Shown here one piece after another: positions 8,776 to 17,328 of a stretch of DNA of 32,000 bases; within the stretch, counting starts at the first letter, position 1, and each line of letters begins with the position of its first letter. Source of the DNA: Candidatus Poseidoniaceae archaeon (GTDB lineage Archaea; Thermoplasmatota; Poseidoniia; Poseidoniales; Poseidoniaceae). Below the pieces are notes generated by a model. The model saw only the letters and a program-made list of their open reading frames with translations, ran no database searches and had not been told where the DNA came from. The position numbers and the translations under genes were made by a program. The DNA lies in NCBI GenBank assembly GCA_943789275.1, contig CALSTM010000002.1, forward strand, positions 660,001 to 692,000. The letters run 5' to 3'.

Positions 8776-10533
8776 ATGACCGAAAAAACACCAAACGAAA
8801 CCGATGATTCTGACGAAGATTGGATGAAATATGCAAACGCGGGTTTCGGTGAAACCGATTATTCCCTTTGGGACGATGAAAAAATCGCTGAAGCGCCAGA
8901 GCAAGTTGAGAACGACTGGGATGATTCGACTGAATCTCCCGACCAATTGAGCACGCACATGGAAGAGATTCCACGCGCCCCGTCACCTGCAGGCCACAAG
9001 CACCTGGTTCGAATTGGCACGTGTGACCACTGTCTAGGTCGCCTTGGTGGCAAGAAGAGGTTTGAACAGAGTCTCGAAGAATCCGGTATCGAAATCCGAG
9101 GCCTCGTAACCGACAGAGATTCCCACTTATTGAATGCACGAACTGACCAGCCGCTGTGTCCTTTCTGCGAAAACCTCTACGAAGAATCGGAGTTATTAGC
9201 AGACATCATCTTTGATTCCATATCACCGTATGAACTTTCACGGTTGCAACTGGGTGCTCGAATTCCCAAGGATCAAATGGAAGAGGAAGAAGAAATGAGA
9301 AAACGATTCGGAGCTGGCGGTTCAGACGCTCTCAAAAGTGGACTTGTAAAGCTCATCGCTCAACATTTGAACAAGCGACTTGAGGGGGTGACCTTAGTGA
9401 ACGACAAACCACAGGTATTGGCTCTTATTGATGTGCTGACCCTGACCGTAGAACTTGATATTCGGGCGCATTACCTGTACGGCCGTTACCTCAAACTCGA
9501 GCGGGGTATACCGCAAACTCGCTGGCCTTGCCGAGCGTGTAAAGGGCGTGGTTGTCAACGATGTGAGCAATCTGGACTTCAGTACAAAAAGAGCGTTCAG
9601 GATTTAATCGGAAATCCGTTGCTTGATTTATTCGAAGCCAAAGAACACGCCTTTCACGGCATGGGCCGCGAAGACATCGATGTGCGCTGTATGGGCCGCG
9701 GGCGCCCGTTTGTGATTGAGATGAAAGAGCCAAAAATCCGTTCAGTTGACGCAGTCAAAGCCATGCAACTCATCAACAAGGCTGCCGAAGGTAGCATCGA
9801 AATCACTGGTCTGCGCGATTCAAACCGAAGTGAAGTGGTGCGAGTCAAAGATACACCGGCTGAAAAATCGTACACCATTCGTTTCCGAATATTGCCGCTC
9901 AGTGAAGCAGAAATGGCGGTCTTGACCGCCCCAGTCGATTTGACGCATGTGGATGTTCAAGAACGTGGAGGCAAGGGGAAAAAGAAATCGTCGAAACGAA
10001 AACGGCGTGGTGAAAAGAAAAACGACCACACGAAACCTCTTCCATCTGTCATTGACGTTCCTGTAGGGCCGGATGAGGCAACCCTCAAAGCAATGAAAAA
10101 ACCTGAACTGGTCGCACTGGCGGAAGAAATGAAATTGAAAAAGTCGGGCACTAAACCCGAACTCATCGAGCGGATTTTGGCTGCTGGCCCTCCGGCACCA
10201 ACTTATCTTGACCTTCCTGAAAATGAGGACATTCTGGAAACCATTACCAAGTTATCCGGAGTAAAGCTCGCTCAGCGCACCCCGGAACGGGTTGCTCATA
10301 GAAGGGCGGACTTAATTCGTCGAAGAACAGTTTACGAAACCTCGAATCCAACCATTGAAACGATGGAAGATGGGGTTCGCGAAGTGGAGTTCACTCTCCG
10401 CTGTGAATCGGGGACCTATGTCAAAGAAACTGTCCACGGCGACGGTGGCAGAACCCAACCGAGCCTTTCTTCATTGATTAAAGCCAAGTGCGAAGTTCTG
10501 TGGCTTGATGTGGGCGATATCCACGCTGATTGA
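8776..10533 (+). CDS. pus10: tRNA pseudouridine(54/55) synthase Pus10 with an acidic N-terminal extension and an internal K-rich and SAP/HeH-like insertion
   Basis: Zinc-ribbon pairs CDHCLGRLGG...CPFCENL and CRACKGRGCQRCEQSG. Catalytic loop GMGREDIDVRCMGRGRPFVIEM. C-terminal QRTPERVAHRRADLIRRRTVY and CESGTYVKETVHGDGGRTQPS. The ATG at 8776 is preceded by GGTGA with a 4-nt spacer, so it is preferred over the GTG at 8719. Confidence 0.85.
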   Translation: MTEKTPNETDDSDEDWMKYANAGFGETDYSLWDDEKIAEAPEQVENDWDDSTESPDQLSTHMEEIPRAPSPAGHKHLVRIGTCDHCLGRLGGKKRFEQSLEESGIEIRGLVTDRDSHLLNARTDQPLCPFCENLYEESELLADIIFDSISPYELSRLQLGARIPKDQMEEEEEMRKRFGAGGSDALKSGLVKLIAQHLNKRLEGVTLVNDKPQVLALIDVLTLTVELDIRAHYLYGRYLKLERGIPQTRWPCRACKGRGCQRCEQSGLQYKKSVQDLIGNPLLDLFEAKEHAFHGMGREDIDVRCMGRGRPFVIEMKEPKIRSVDAVKAMQLINKAAEGSIEITGLRDSNRSEVVRVKDTPAEKSYTIRFRILPLSEAEMAVLTAPVDLTHVDVQERGGKGKKKSSKRKRRGEKKNDHTKPLPSVIDVPVGPDEATLKAMKKPELVALAEEMKLKKSGTKPELIERILAAGPPAPTYLDLPENEDILETITKLSGVKLAQRTPERVAHRRADLIRRRTVYETSNPTIETMEDGVREVEFTLRCESGTYVKETVHGDGGRTQPSLSSLIKAKCEVLWLDVGDIHAD

Positions 10534-10598
10534 GTTGATTTATACCCACTTGAAACAGGTATTTCCGGCAAATGAGTGGTTCCGCATCCGTCGCGGTG

Positions 10599-10606
10599 CT
10601 TATATG
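10599..10606 (+). promoter_or_regulatory. TATA-like box upstream of the L21e-Rpo4-DUF655-KsgA cluster
   Basis: CTTATATG lies in the 143-nt intergenic region after pus10. GGAGG (10664-10668) lies 8 nt upstream of the L21e ATG. Position and sequence only. Confidence 0.3.
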
Positions 10607-10676
10607 GGAAAGGTAGGTCGCCAAATTGCTCGGAAGATGCGTAACTGCTAACTCGGGCAAAAAGGAGGCGACAAAC

Positions 10677-10967
10677 ATGAAGCGATCCAAAGGGCTGCGA
10701 GTCGGAACACGAAGCATTCTACGTCGACGTAAGAACGAGCGAAGCCGAATCAACATCAGCCGCGTCATGCACGATTATCAAGAAGGCGACAGAGTCGCTA
10801 TTGTCCTTGACGGAGGCCAACAAATGGGTATGCCTCACCGTCGATTCAACGGACGAACAGGATTCATCCAAAAGCGACAAGGCGTTGCTTGGGTTGTCGC
10901 TGTCAAAGACGGTAACATGCCAAAAACGGTCATTGCTCGACCTGAGCACTTGCGACCACTCGAATGA
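10677..10967 (+). CDS. rpl21e: 50S ribosomal protein L21e
   Basis: MKRSKGLRVGTRSILRRR...FQEGD-like YQEGDRVAIVLD...MPHRRFNGRTGFI...V matches the L21e signature. GGAGG Shine-Dalgarno is present. Conserved archaeal synteny with rpoF, DUF655 and ksgA. Confidence 0.92.
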   Translation: MKRSKGLRVGTRSILRRRKNERSRINISRVMHDYQEGDRVAIVLDGGQQMGMPHRRFNGRTGFIQKRQGVAWVVAVKDGNMPKTVIARPEHLRPLE

Positions 10968-10976
10968 GGAATTACC

Positions 10977-11339
10977 ATGACTGAAGAAGAGCGATTCGTA
11001 GACTTTGCAACTGTTCGTACCATGCTGTTGGAAGCTGAGAAGCGACGTAAGAACCTCACCTACGAACAAAAGGCTGCTCTTCAGCACGCTGAGTGGGCTG
11101 CGAGCGATGCTCGAAACGGGTTCAAAACTGACCCTGAGGTCTTTCAACAACTCAAAGATGCTCTGGGCGAAGTTGAGACTCTATCCACGCTGCCACACTT
11201 GGCTGCAAAATTAGCCGAACTCATGCCACTGTACTCAAACGACGTGAAGGCCGTTATGGCATCCGAGCGAAAGACAATTCCTGACGATGAAATCACTGCA
11301 GTATTGGAGATTGTTCGTCAACACATCGGATTCGAATGA
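10977..11339 (+). CDS. rpoF: DNA-directed RNA polymerase subunit Rpo4 (RpoF)
   Basis: 120-aa acidic helical protein. It occupies the position between L21e and DUF655 that Rpo4/F holds in the conserved archaeal cluster. The C-terminal LMPLYSNDVKAVMASERKTIPDDEITAVLEIV resembles the HRDC-like tail of subunit F. The call leans on synteny. Confidence 0.7.
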   Translation: MTEEERFVDFATVRTMLLEAEKRRKNLTYEQKAALQHAEWAASDARNGFKTDPEVFQQLKDALGEVETLSTLPHLAAKLAELMPLYSNDVKAVMASERKTIPDDEITAVLEIVRQHIGFE

Positions 11340-11366
11340 AAACCGACCCCTTTGAGGTGATTGGAT

Positions 11367-12155
11367 ATGACCGGGGCGCGAAAAGATCGTAACATCAAGG
11401 TTGGAGCAGGCAAGAAGAAATCGACTTCCAATTCAAGTTCGACTTCATGGTCACGCCCAGCAGAAGGGAGAAAGGAAGTCACTCCTGCTCAAAAACCTCA
11501 ACCTCGCCAGAACTCTACCCCAAGGCGAGACAGCAACCGTCGCAACGATAACAACCGACGAGGGAATCAAAACCGTCAGGGAAACCGTCCCTCACGCCCT
11601 CAACAAAAATCACCTCTCATGGAAGAGGATTGGGCCCGCGTCATTGACCACGACCAAACAAGAAACGAAGTCATTGCTGTCAGTGAATCGAAAATGTTGT
11701 TGTGTCGGCTCAAACCAAAAGCCGGAATGGCTCCACTGCTCACAACCTCACGAGTGTACATCGGTACGGATTCCAACCTGCGAGAACACATCGATCAAGT
11801 GCTTGGTATGACCAACATTGGGAGAGTTGCTAACCATGTCAAAGCCGACCTACCTCTCGTGATCCAAATTTTCATTGAGGAAAACGAAAAACATTTCATT
11901 GCGGCCTTCTTCAATGTTGCCGGCAACATGTCGCTCAAACAACACGCCTTTGAACTCCTTTCAGGCGTTGGTAACAAGAAAGCCATGCAGATGGTCGAAG
12001 CACGAGGCTCCTCTGGGTTTGAATCCCTAAGCGCACTCAACGAGGCTTGCAACATTGATGCTGGAGAGCTGCTTGCAAAGCGGTTCCTTGCCGAACTCGA
12101 TGACCGAAATATGCAACCTCGACTGCTCGACCTGCTCCTGCCGGTGAAGGCATGA
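11367..12155 (+). CDS. DUF655-family protein (putative RNA-binding, HhH-containing) with a long basic low-complexity N-terminal extension
   Basis: GAGGTGA lies 8 nt upstream of the ATG at 11367. The C-terminal 175 aa (EEDWARVID...VYIGTD...IEENEKHFIAAFFN...SLKQHAFELLSGVGNKKAMQMVEAR) matches the DUF655 layout. Conserved neighbour of rpoF and ksgA. Its stop overlaps the ksgA start (ATGA at 12152-12155). Confidence 0.75.
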   Translation: MTGARKDRNIKVGAGKKKSTSNSSSTSWSRPAEGRKEVTPAQKPQPRQNSTPRRDSNRRNDNNRRGNQNRQGNRPSRPQQKSPLMEEDWARVIDHDQTRNEVIAVSESKMLLCRLKPKAGMAPLLTTSRVYIGTDSNLREHIDQVLGMTNIGRVANHVKADLPLVIQIFIEENEKHFIAAFFNVAGNMSLKQHAFELLSGVGNKKAMQMVEARGSSGFESLSALNEACNIDAGELLAKRFLAELDDRNMQPRLLDLLLPVKA

Positions 12156-13027
12156 GAGGCGCTCGATGGCTCATTGACAGTCTGCGAGATAAGCAGCCTT
12201 TCGATAAATCACTGGGCCAACATTTTCTCGTCAATGACGAACTTATTGCTCGGGCTGTCGAACTTGGAAACGTCTCTAAGGAAGACCACGTTCTCGAAAT
12301 TGGCCCCGGACCAGGCGTCTTAACTGAAGCACTGCTGTCCACTGGGTGCAAACTTACAGCCATCGAAATCGATACTGGGGCAGTCAAACATCTGCGCGAT
12401 GCTTTCGCACCAGAAATGGAATCTGAGCAACTCCAACTCATCGAAGGTGATGCTCTGCAAGCACGATGGCCGGAAACAGTTACCAAAATTATTGCCAATA
12501 TCCCTTACCAAATCTCTTCGCCTTTGGTTGACGAACTCACAAGGTACCATCGAAACCCACGTACCACCGAACTTCAGAAAATCGTGTTGCTTGTCCAAGA
12601 AGAATTTGCTGAGAGATTGGTGATGGAATACGAAAGCGATGTTGGTTCACTTGGAATGACGGTTTGTCTTGACTGGGAATGTGAAATCGAGGATAAGGTG
12701 TCTCCGCATAATTTCAGTCCGATGCCAAAGGTCAATTCTTGTTACATCAGCATGGAACCGCACGGGGAAGTTTGGCCGTGTGATGTTCGCTTGGTTCGTC
12801 AAATGATTCATCTTGCTTTTGACCAACGCAGGAAAAAGCTCCGATCGACCCTCAAAGCCGTCCCACGGCGAATTGGTCGAGTCAAAGGTTGGCATGCAGG
12901 ACGGTGGAAGCAAGCCTATGCAGCCCATCAAAAGGACGAGCGAATGGAACTGCGCCCTGAAGAACTGGAATTAGACGATTGGATCGAACTGTGTGAATCG
13001 TTCACAAAATGTGCGGATAATTCGTAG
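12152..13027 (+). CDS. rsmA: 16S/18S rRNA (adenine-N6,N6)-dimethyltransferase KsgA/RsmA/Dim1
   Basis: LGQHFLVNDELIARAV, SAM-binding VLEIGPGPGVLTEALL, AIEID, GDAL, and IIANIPYQISSPL are all canonical KsgA motifs. Confidence 0.95.
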   Translation: MRGARWLIDSLRDKQPFDKSLGQHFLVNDELIARAVELGNVSKEDHVLEIGPGPGVLTEALLSTGCKLTAIEIDTGAVKHLRDAFAPEMESEQLQLIEGDALQARWPETVTKIIANIPYQISSPLVDELTRYHRNPRTTELQKIVLLVQEEFAERLVMEYESDVGSLGMTVCLDWECEIEDKVSPHNFSPMPKVNSCYISMEPHGEVWPCDVRLVRQMIHLAFDQRRKKLRSTLKAVPRRIGRVKGWHAGRWKQAYAAHQKDERMELRPEELELDDWIELCESFTKCADNS

Positions 13028-13066
13028 TTCATAAGGGGTCAAAGACTGTATCTATTCCTACACTGT

Positions 13067-13101
13067 GAGAGGAGAGCCTTTTCTTAGGAGGGTCTCCTCG
13101 C
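13067..13101 (+). terminator. Imperfect hairpin downstream of ksgA (possible transcript end or processing site)
   Basis: GAGAGGAGAGCC (13067-13078) pairs with GGGTCTCCTCGC (13090-13101) at 10 of 12 positions, with an 11-nt loop TTTTCTTAGGA. It starts 40 nt after the ksgA stop. No clear oligo-T tract follows. Confidence 0.3.
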
Positions 13102-13124
13102 ATTGACTCGACGGAGGGGATGCT

Positions 13125-14216
13125 ATGGCCAAGAAAGACACCTATCTTGCTTTACTACGCCGAGGTATCGATGAAACTACTGCTCAGCAGTTGGCCGATT
13201 CGGGACTCAAAATTGGCGATTTGAAGAAAATTGACAAGGACATGCTCATCGAAAATTACGGTCTCAAATCGGACATCGCCGACGGTGTGATTTCAATTAT
13301 CACTGCCGGGCCTCAAAGCCACGGAAAAGAACGCTATCTGTCGAAAGTTTTGGCGCCTGAAAAGAAACAGGAGTCAAAGATTGAGGAAATCAAGTTCCAA
13401 CGCAAGCAAAAGGACGTACTGACCGAACTTGCAGAACAGAAGGAACGTCTAAAAATTGCGAAAGTTGAATCGTTCCGAGCCAAGAAACTGATTATGAATC
13501 GACTTGGAAAGACGGTCGAACTCATTGTAAAACTGGAAAATAACCTCCACGATGAAGGGAAGGACGACCAGAAAGTGAAAATTCGCGACCAGTTAGAAAC
13601 TCGGGGTTTAGAAGCTGCTCGTGACCATGAAATGCTCGAACTTGAAGGAACGCCGCAAGACATCGTTGACTTCCGTCGAAAGCACGTACCTGCACTCATC
13701 TTCCACGCTTGCCCTCACTGCGGTGATGAAATGGACCCGCGTCAAGCACGCGATCAAGACCGTCCTGAGGAATGGGCGTTCATGTGCTGGGAATGTGAAA
13801 CAAGTTTCTCACCTGGACTTGCCGATCTGGTTGAAACACGCCTTACCAACGGCTCACGCATCAACATTGACCCTGATAAGCGACCACGCAATCCTGTCCC
13901 ACCAAAGCCTGCTTCGATGGACTTGTCAAGCATGAACGAACTCATACGCAAGGATTTGGAAGTCACTGGAGCAACCGCTGACGAGATGACCAAGGCTGTA
14001 GAAGAAGGTGGGCTCACTGGCGGCCTTATGGACATCAACGATTGGATTGACCAAAAGTTGGCTGCCAAAAACTACATCCAAGCTCAAGAAGACCGTGAAG
14101 ACTTCATTCTGCGTACAGGTGCTGGAGCAACCAAGTTCAACAAGTGGATGAAGAAGGCTGGATTGTATTTCAATAAGCAAACTGGCCGTTGGACACGTCA
14201 CAAGGATATGCGCTGA
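13125..14216 (+). CDS. Hypothetical protein with an N-terminal helix-hairpin-helix-like region, a central coiled coil and a CxxC...CxxC zinc ribbon
   Basis: GGAGGGGA lies upstream of the ATG. LLRRGIDETTAQQLADSGLKIGDL...LIENYGLKSDIADGVISII is HhH-like. A K/E-rich heptad-like segment spans aa about 75-160. Zinc ribbon candidate CPHCGDEMD...CWECETSF. No named family recognised. Confidence 0.55.
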   Translation: MAKKDTYLALLRRGIDETTAQQLADSGLKIGDLKKIDKDMLIENYGLKSDIADGVISIITAGPQSHGKERYLSKVLAPEKKQESKIEEIKFQRKQKDVLTELAEQKERLKIAKVESFRAKKLIMNRLGKTVELIVKLENNLHDEGKDDQKVKIRDQLETRGLEAARDHEMLELEGTPQDIVDFRRKHVPALIFHACPHCGDEMDPRQARDQDRPEEWAFMCWECETSFSPGLADLVETRLTNGSRINIDPDKRPRNPVPPKPASMDLSSMNELIRKDLEVTGATADEMTKAVEEGGLTGGLMDINDWIDQKLAAKNYIQAQEDREDFILRTGAGATKFNKWMKKAGLYFNKQTGRWTRHKDMR

Positions 14217-14225
14217 GGTGGGTCT

Positions 14226-14564
14226 ATGTCCGCCAATGCGGTTACCGCTGAAGAAACGCCTGTTACACAAGAGGTTCGACCCGTAGTTCGCTTCTTACAA
14301 GGTGCTAATCTTTTGGGACAAACGCCCTTCATTGCTGGAAATACATTGGTTGAACATGCCGAAGATGCTGGAGTTCGAATTCCAACGAATTGCACGTCAG
14401 GTACCTGCGGGACATGCATGGTCACCCTTCTCTATGGTGACATCCCACTGCCGGAAGTTCTTCCACCAGGCCTTGACGACTATCTTGTCGAGGAATGTGC
14501 CCGATTAGGCTGCATTGGTGTTCCAAACGGCGACGTAGACGTGGACATTCGGCCACCGTTGTAG
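14226..14564 (+). CDS. Plant-type [2Fe-2S] ferredoxin
   Basis: CTSGTCGTC matches C-x4-C-x2-C, and a distal Cys occurs in ARLGCIGVPNGDVDVDI. GAGGTG Shine-Dalgarno is present. The gene starts 9 nt after the upstream gene. Confidence 0.85.
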   Translation: MSANAVTAEETPVTQEVRPVVRFLQGANLLGQTPFIAGNTLVEHAEDAGVRIPTNCTSGTCGTCMVTLLYGDIPLPEVLPPGLDDYLVEECARLGCIGVPNGDVDVDIRPPL

Positions 14565-14575
14565 GGGTTGAACGA

Positions 14576-14767
14576 ATGATTGTTGAATGGATTCGCTCGA
14601 ATGCGCTCATTCTCGTTATTGATTTGGTTGGTCTTTACATCGTCGTTCGCTTTCTTTCATGGAAGATTCGACACAAGTTGGAAGAAGTTGAACAACGGCA
14701 AATATACGCCAACCGGCAAAAGAAAATCAACCGGCAAAACAGCAGTTTAGACCCCGAAAATGAATGA
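14576..14767 (+). CDS. Possible small single-pass membrane protein (63 aa)
   Basis: The ATG at 14576 lies 12 nt after the ferredoxin stop. One hydrophobic helix ALILVIDLVGLYIVVRFL is followed by a charged K/Q/E/R tail. No homology evidence. The longer ORF-track version (from 14495) overlaps the ferredoxin and is unlikely. Confidence 0.35.
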   Translation: MIVEWIRSNALILVIDLVGLYIVVRFLSWKIRHKLEEVEQRQIYANRQKKINRQNSSLDPENE

Positions 14768-14800
14768 AAACATCAACAACGATGAATGTGAGGGCCTCTC

Positions 14801-15802
14801 ATGGCGGAACTGCGTTTACAAACTGCTGCATCTGGCCATATAGCACGTGAAAAATACGACTTGGATACCGTCCAAGGTGCCATTCAAGAGCAAGGGTTAG
14901 CTTGGCTTGACATCCTACGTCCTGACGATGAAGTCCGACAATTTCTTCTTGAAAAGATGGACTTTGACGAACTCGCTGTCGAAGATGTTTTTGGGCACGC
15001 TGATACGACCGCTCAGAAGTTCACGAATCATCGCTTCATCGTCATCAATGCGCGTGATGCAGACAATCAACTGGATACTGAACCTGTCGCTATTTTCATC
15101 AAAGAAAACCTCATCATCACTGTTCGGCACTACAGTATCCCGGCATTAAAGAAGTTCAGGCATCGCTTCAAGAAGGCGGATGAAGAAGACCTCGCATTAG
15201 GCATTGACTTCCTGCTCTATGAGTTGCTGGATTCTATTGCAGACGACTGGACACCCATTTTGAATTCCTACTCTCGTCAGTTGGATCAACTCGAATTCCA
15301 AGTTTTCGACCCTTCCCAAAAATACGATAACATTCTCGAAAGTCTGCACGATTTGAAGCGTTATTTGCGTGAAGCGAGTAAATCGATTGAATCGCTGAAT
15401 ACCGTCACAATGCGGTTACTAAAACCAAATGAACGGCTCATTGGGTCGGGTGCTGAGCGCTATTTCTCTGACCTCCACCAGTTATCAGTGGCGTTGGTGA
15501 AGCGAGCGAGCAATTACTCGTCGGGCGCAACCTCTGCACGCGATTCCTATCTCAGTAACATCAGCATGCAATTGGCTGAATCGAATGCGCAACTCACTGA
15601 AGTAATGACGACGTTGACCATCATTGGTGCCATCATGCTGCCGTTGACGTTGATTGCCGGAATATTCGGCATGAACAATGAGGATTTACCGCTCAATCAG
15701 GTTGGAGGTTTCTGGGGAATCATCGTCATCATGCTGGCCTTTGCCTGCATCATGCTGACCTTCTTTTGGCGTCGCGGTTGGTTGAAAACCTACGAAGACT
15801 GA
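14801..15802 (+). CDS. corA: Magnesium/cobalt transporter CorA
   Basis: Two C-terminal TM helices flank the signature GMN motif (AGIFGMNNEDLP). An N-terminal cytoplasmic funnel domain of typical length is present. Confidence 0.93.
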   Translation: MAELRLQTAASGHIAREKYDLDTVQGAIQEQGLAWLDILRPDDEVRQFLLEKMDFDELAVEDVFGHADTTAQKFTNHRFIVINARDADNQLDTEPVAIFIKENLIITVRHYSIPALKKFRHRFKKADEEDLALGIDFLLYELLDSIADDWTPILNSYSRQLDQLEFQVFDPSQKYDNILESLHDLKRYLREASKSIESLNTVTMRLLKPNERLIGSGAERYFSDLHQLSVALVKRASNYSSGATSARDSYLSNISMQLAESNAQLTEVMTTLTIIGAIMLPLTLIAGIFGMNNEDLPLNQVGGFWGIIVIMLAFACIMLTFFWRRGWLKTYED

Positions 15803-15808
15803 GCGCGA

Positions 15809-17104
15809 GTGTTCAAGAACCGTGGACACTTCTATGAAACTATGACCGGGAGTGGACAAGTCACAACCGGTCCATTACCCATCGGGCAATTCGCACAGTT
15901 GGTCAAAAGAACCGTCGCTCACGACCCATTGTTTCGGAATCAAGCGTTGAAAGGTGAAGTGACCCAATGGAAACAATACGCAAGCGGTCATACCTATTTT
16001 TCACTTCGAGATGAAGATGGTCAAATGAGTGCCGTGATATGGAAGGGGAAATGCTCCATCGATCCAAGCATCAAAGAAGGGAGTGAAGTCGTGGTTATTG
16101 CCACACTTGACCTCTATGTCAAGCGCGGAAATATTCAGTTGGTTGTTCAGCGAATTGAGCCGGTCAATGTACTTGGAGAATTGGAAAAAGCGAAACGCCT
16201 ACTTCTTGAAAAGCTCAACCAAGAAGGGGAATTGGAACGGACCCGTCAGCGTATTCCAGCTGTTCCAAAACATATTGCTATCGTGACCGGGGCTGGCTCC
16301 GCAGCACTTTCCGACATGCACCGGCTCATCGATAACCGGTGGCCTGGACTGCGTCGAACCGTAATTGGAGTGTTGGTTCAAGGTCCAAGAGCCCCTCAAG
16401 AAATTGTTCGTGGCCTGGCCGTAACTCGGGCATTAGCCAATGCAGAGGTTGCCAAACATCGTAATCAGCCACCTGTGGATTTGGTCATCCTCGGCAGAGG
16501 AGGAGGTTCTCCGGAAGACTTGTGGGCGTTCAACTTAGAGCCTGTTGCTCGTGCAATTTTAGCAAGTCCAGTACCGGTGGTTTCCGCTGTTGGGCATGAG
16601 TCAGATGTTCTGGTATCGGATTTAGTGGCAGACCTACGTGCATCAACTCCGTCAGACGCCATTGAACGGGTTGTTCCTTCACGTAATGAAATTGAGTTTC
16701 TCCTCGACGAGATGGATGAGCGGCTCAAGGTCGCCTCTCAACGGCAACTTATCGATTGCAGGCAAAAAATCACTGTTTTGCATTCACGGCTGCGGGTAGC
16801 CCCACTTGCTGGACTTAACCGTGCCAAGGGCGAAATGATGAGAATCGCTTCTCGAATCGAAAGAGCAACCCGCCAATCACTGAATATCCAATCCAACATC
16901 TTAGCACGTTGCGAAGCGTCTCTTGCCGCAGTTCATCCACAACGCGTACTCGAAAGAGGTTACTCAATGACACAAACTGCTGAAGGTTCTGTCCTCAGCA
17001 GCGTTGATGGCTTACAAACTGGACAAGACATTATTCTTCATTTTGCGGACGGCTCGGCCGATGCGCAAATTATCAAGACACAGAAAAATGAGGGAACAAC
17101 ATGA
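15809..17104 (+). CDS. xseA: Exodeoxyribonuclease VII large subunit
   Basis: OB-fold N-terminus LKGEVTQWKQYASGHTYFSLRDEDGQMSAVIW. IAIVTGAGSAALSDM. DLVILGRGGGSPEDLWAFNLEPVARAI...PVVSAVGHESDVLVSDLVADLRASTPSDA. The start is ambiguous between GTG 15809 and ATG 15842. Confidence 0.9.
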   Translation: MFKNRGHFYETMTGSGQVTTGPLPIGQFAQLVKRTVAHDPLFRNQALKGEVTQWKQYASGHTYFSLRDEDGQMSAVIWKGKCSIDPSIKEGSEVVVIATLDLYVKRGNIQLVVQRIEPVNVLGELEKAKRLLLEKLNQEGELERTRQRIPAVPKHIAIVTGAGSAALSDMHRLIDNRWPGLRRTVIGVLVQGPRAPQEIVRGLAVTRALANAEVAKHRNQPPVDLVILGRGGGSPEDLWAFNLEPVARAILASPVPVVSAVGHESDVLVSDLVADLRASTPSDAIERVVPSRNEIEFLLDEMDERLKVASQRQLIDCRQKITVLHSRLRVAPLAGLNRAKGEMMRIASRIERATRQSLNIQSNILARCEASLAAVHPQRVLERGYSMTQTAEGSVLSSVDGLQTGQDIILHFADGSADAQIIKTQKNEGTT

Positions 17105-17325
17105 GTGACGAAAAACCAACATACACTGAAGCAGTACTACGATTAGAAGCCATTGTCTCAACGCTCGAACGAGGAGGAATGGGCTTAGATGAAACGTTAA
17201 AACTGTACGAAGAAGGGGCTGAATTACTCAAACTTTGTAAATCAGAGTTAGCAGAGGCAGAAGGTAAACTCAATGAACTGCAATTGGATGAAATTGAATC
17301 CGAACTTCAATCGGAAAAGCAGTAA
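17101..17325 (+). CDS. xseB: Exodeoxyribonuclease VII small subunit
   Basis: 74 aa. YTEAVLRLEAIVSTLERGGMGLDETLKLYEEGAELLKLCKSELAEAEGKL is the canonical XseB helical hairpin. The start overlaps the xseA stop (ATGA). Confidence 0.88.
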   Translation: MSDEKPTYTEAVLRLEAIVSTLERGGMGLDETLKLYEEGAELLKLCKSELAEAEGKLNELQLDEIESELQSEKQ

Positions 17326-17328
17326 TGG

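Noticed and set aside
10719-11150. 143-aa minus-strand ORF antisense to L21e and rpoF
   Set aside because: It spans two conserved plus-strand genes and their intergenic spacer, so it is a shadow ORF.
12037-12498. 153-aa minus-strand ORF antisense to ksgA and the DUF655 gene
   Set aside because: It overlaps two well-supported plus-strand genes and has Ser/Arg/Ala-rich shadow composition.
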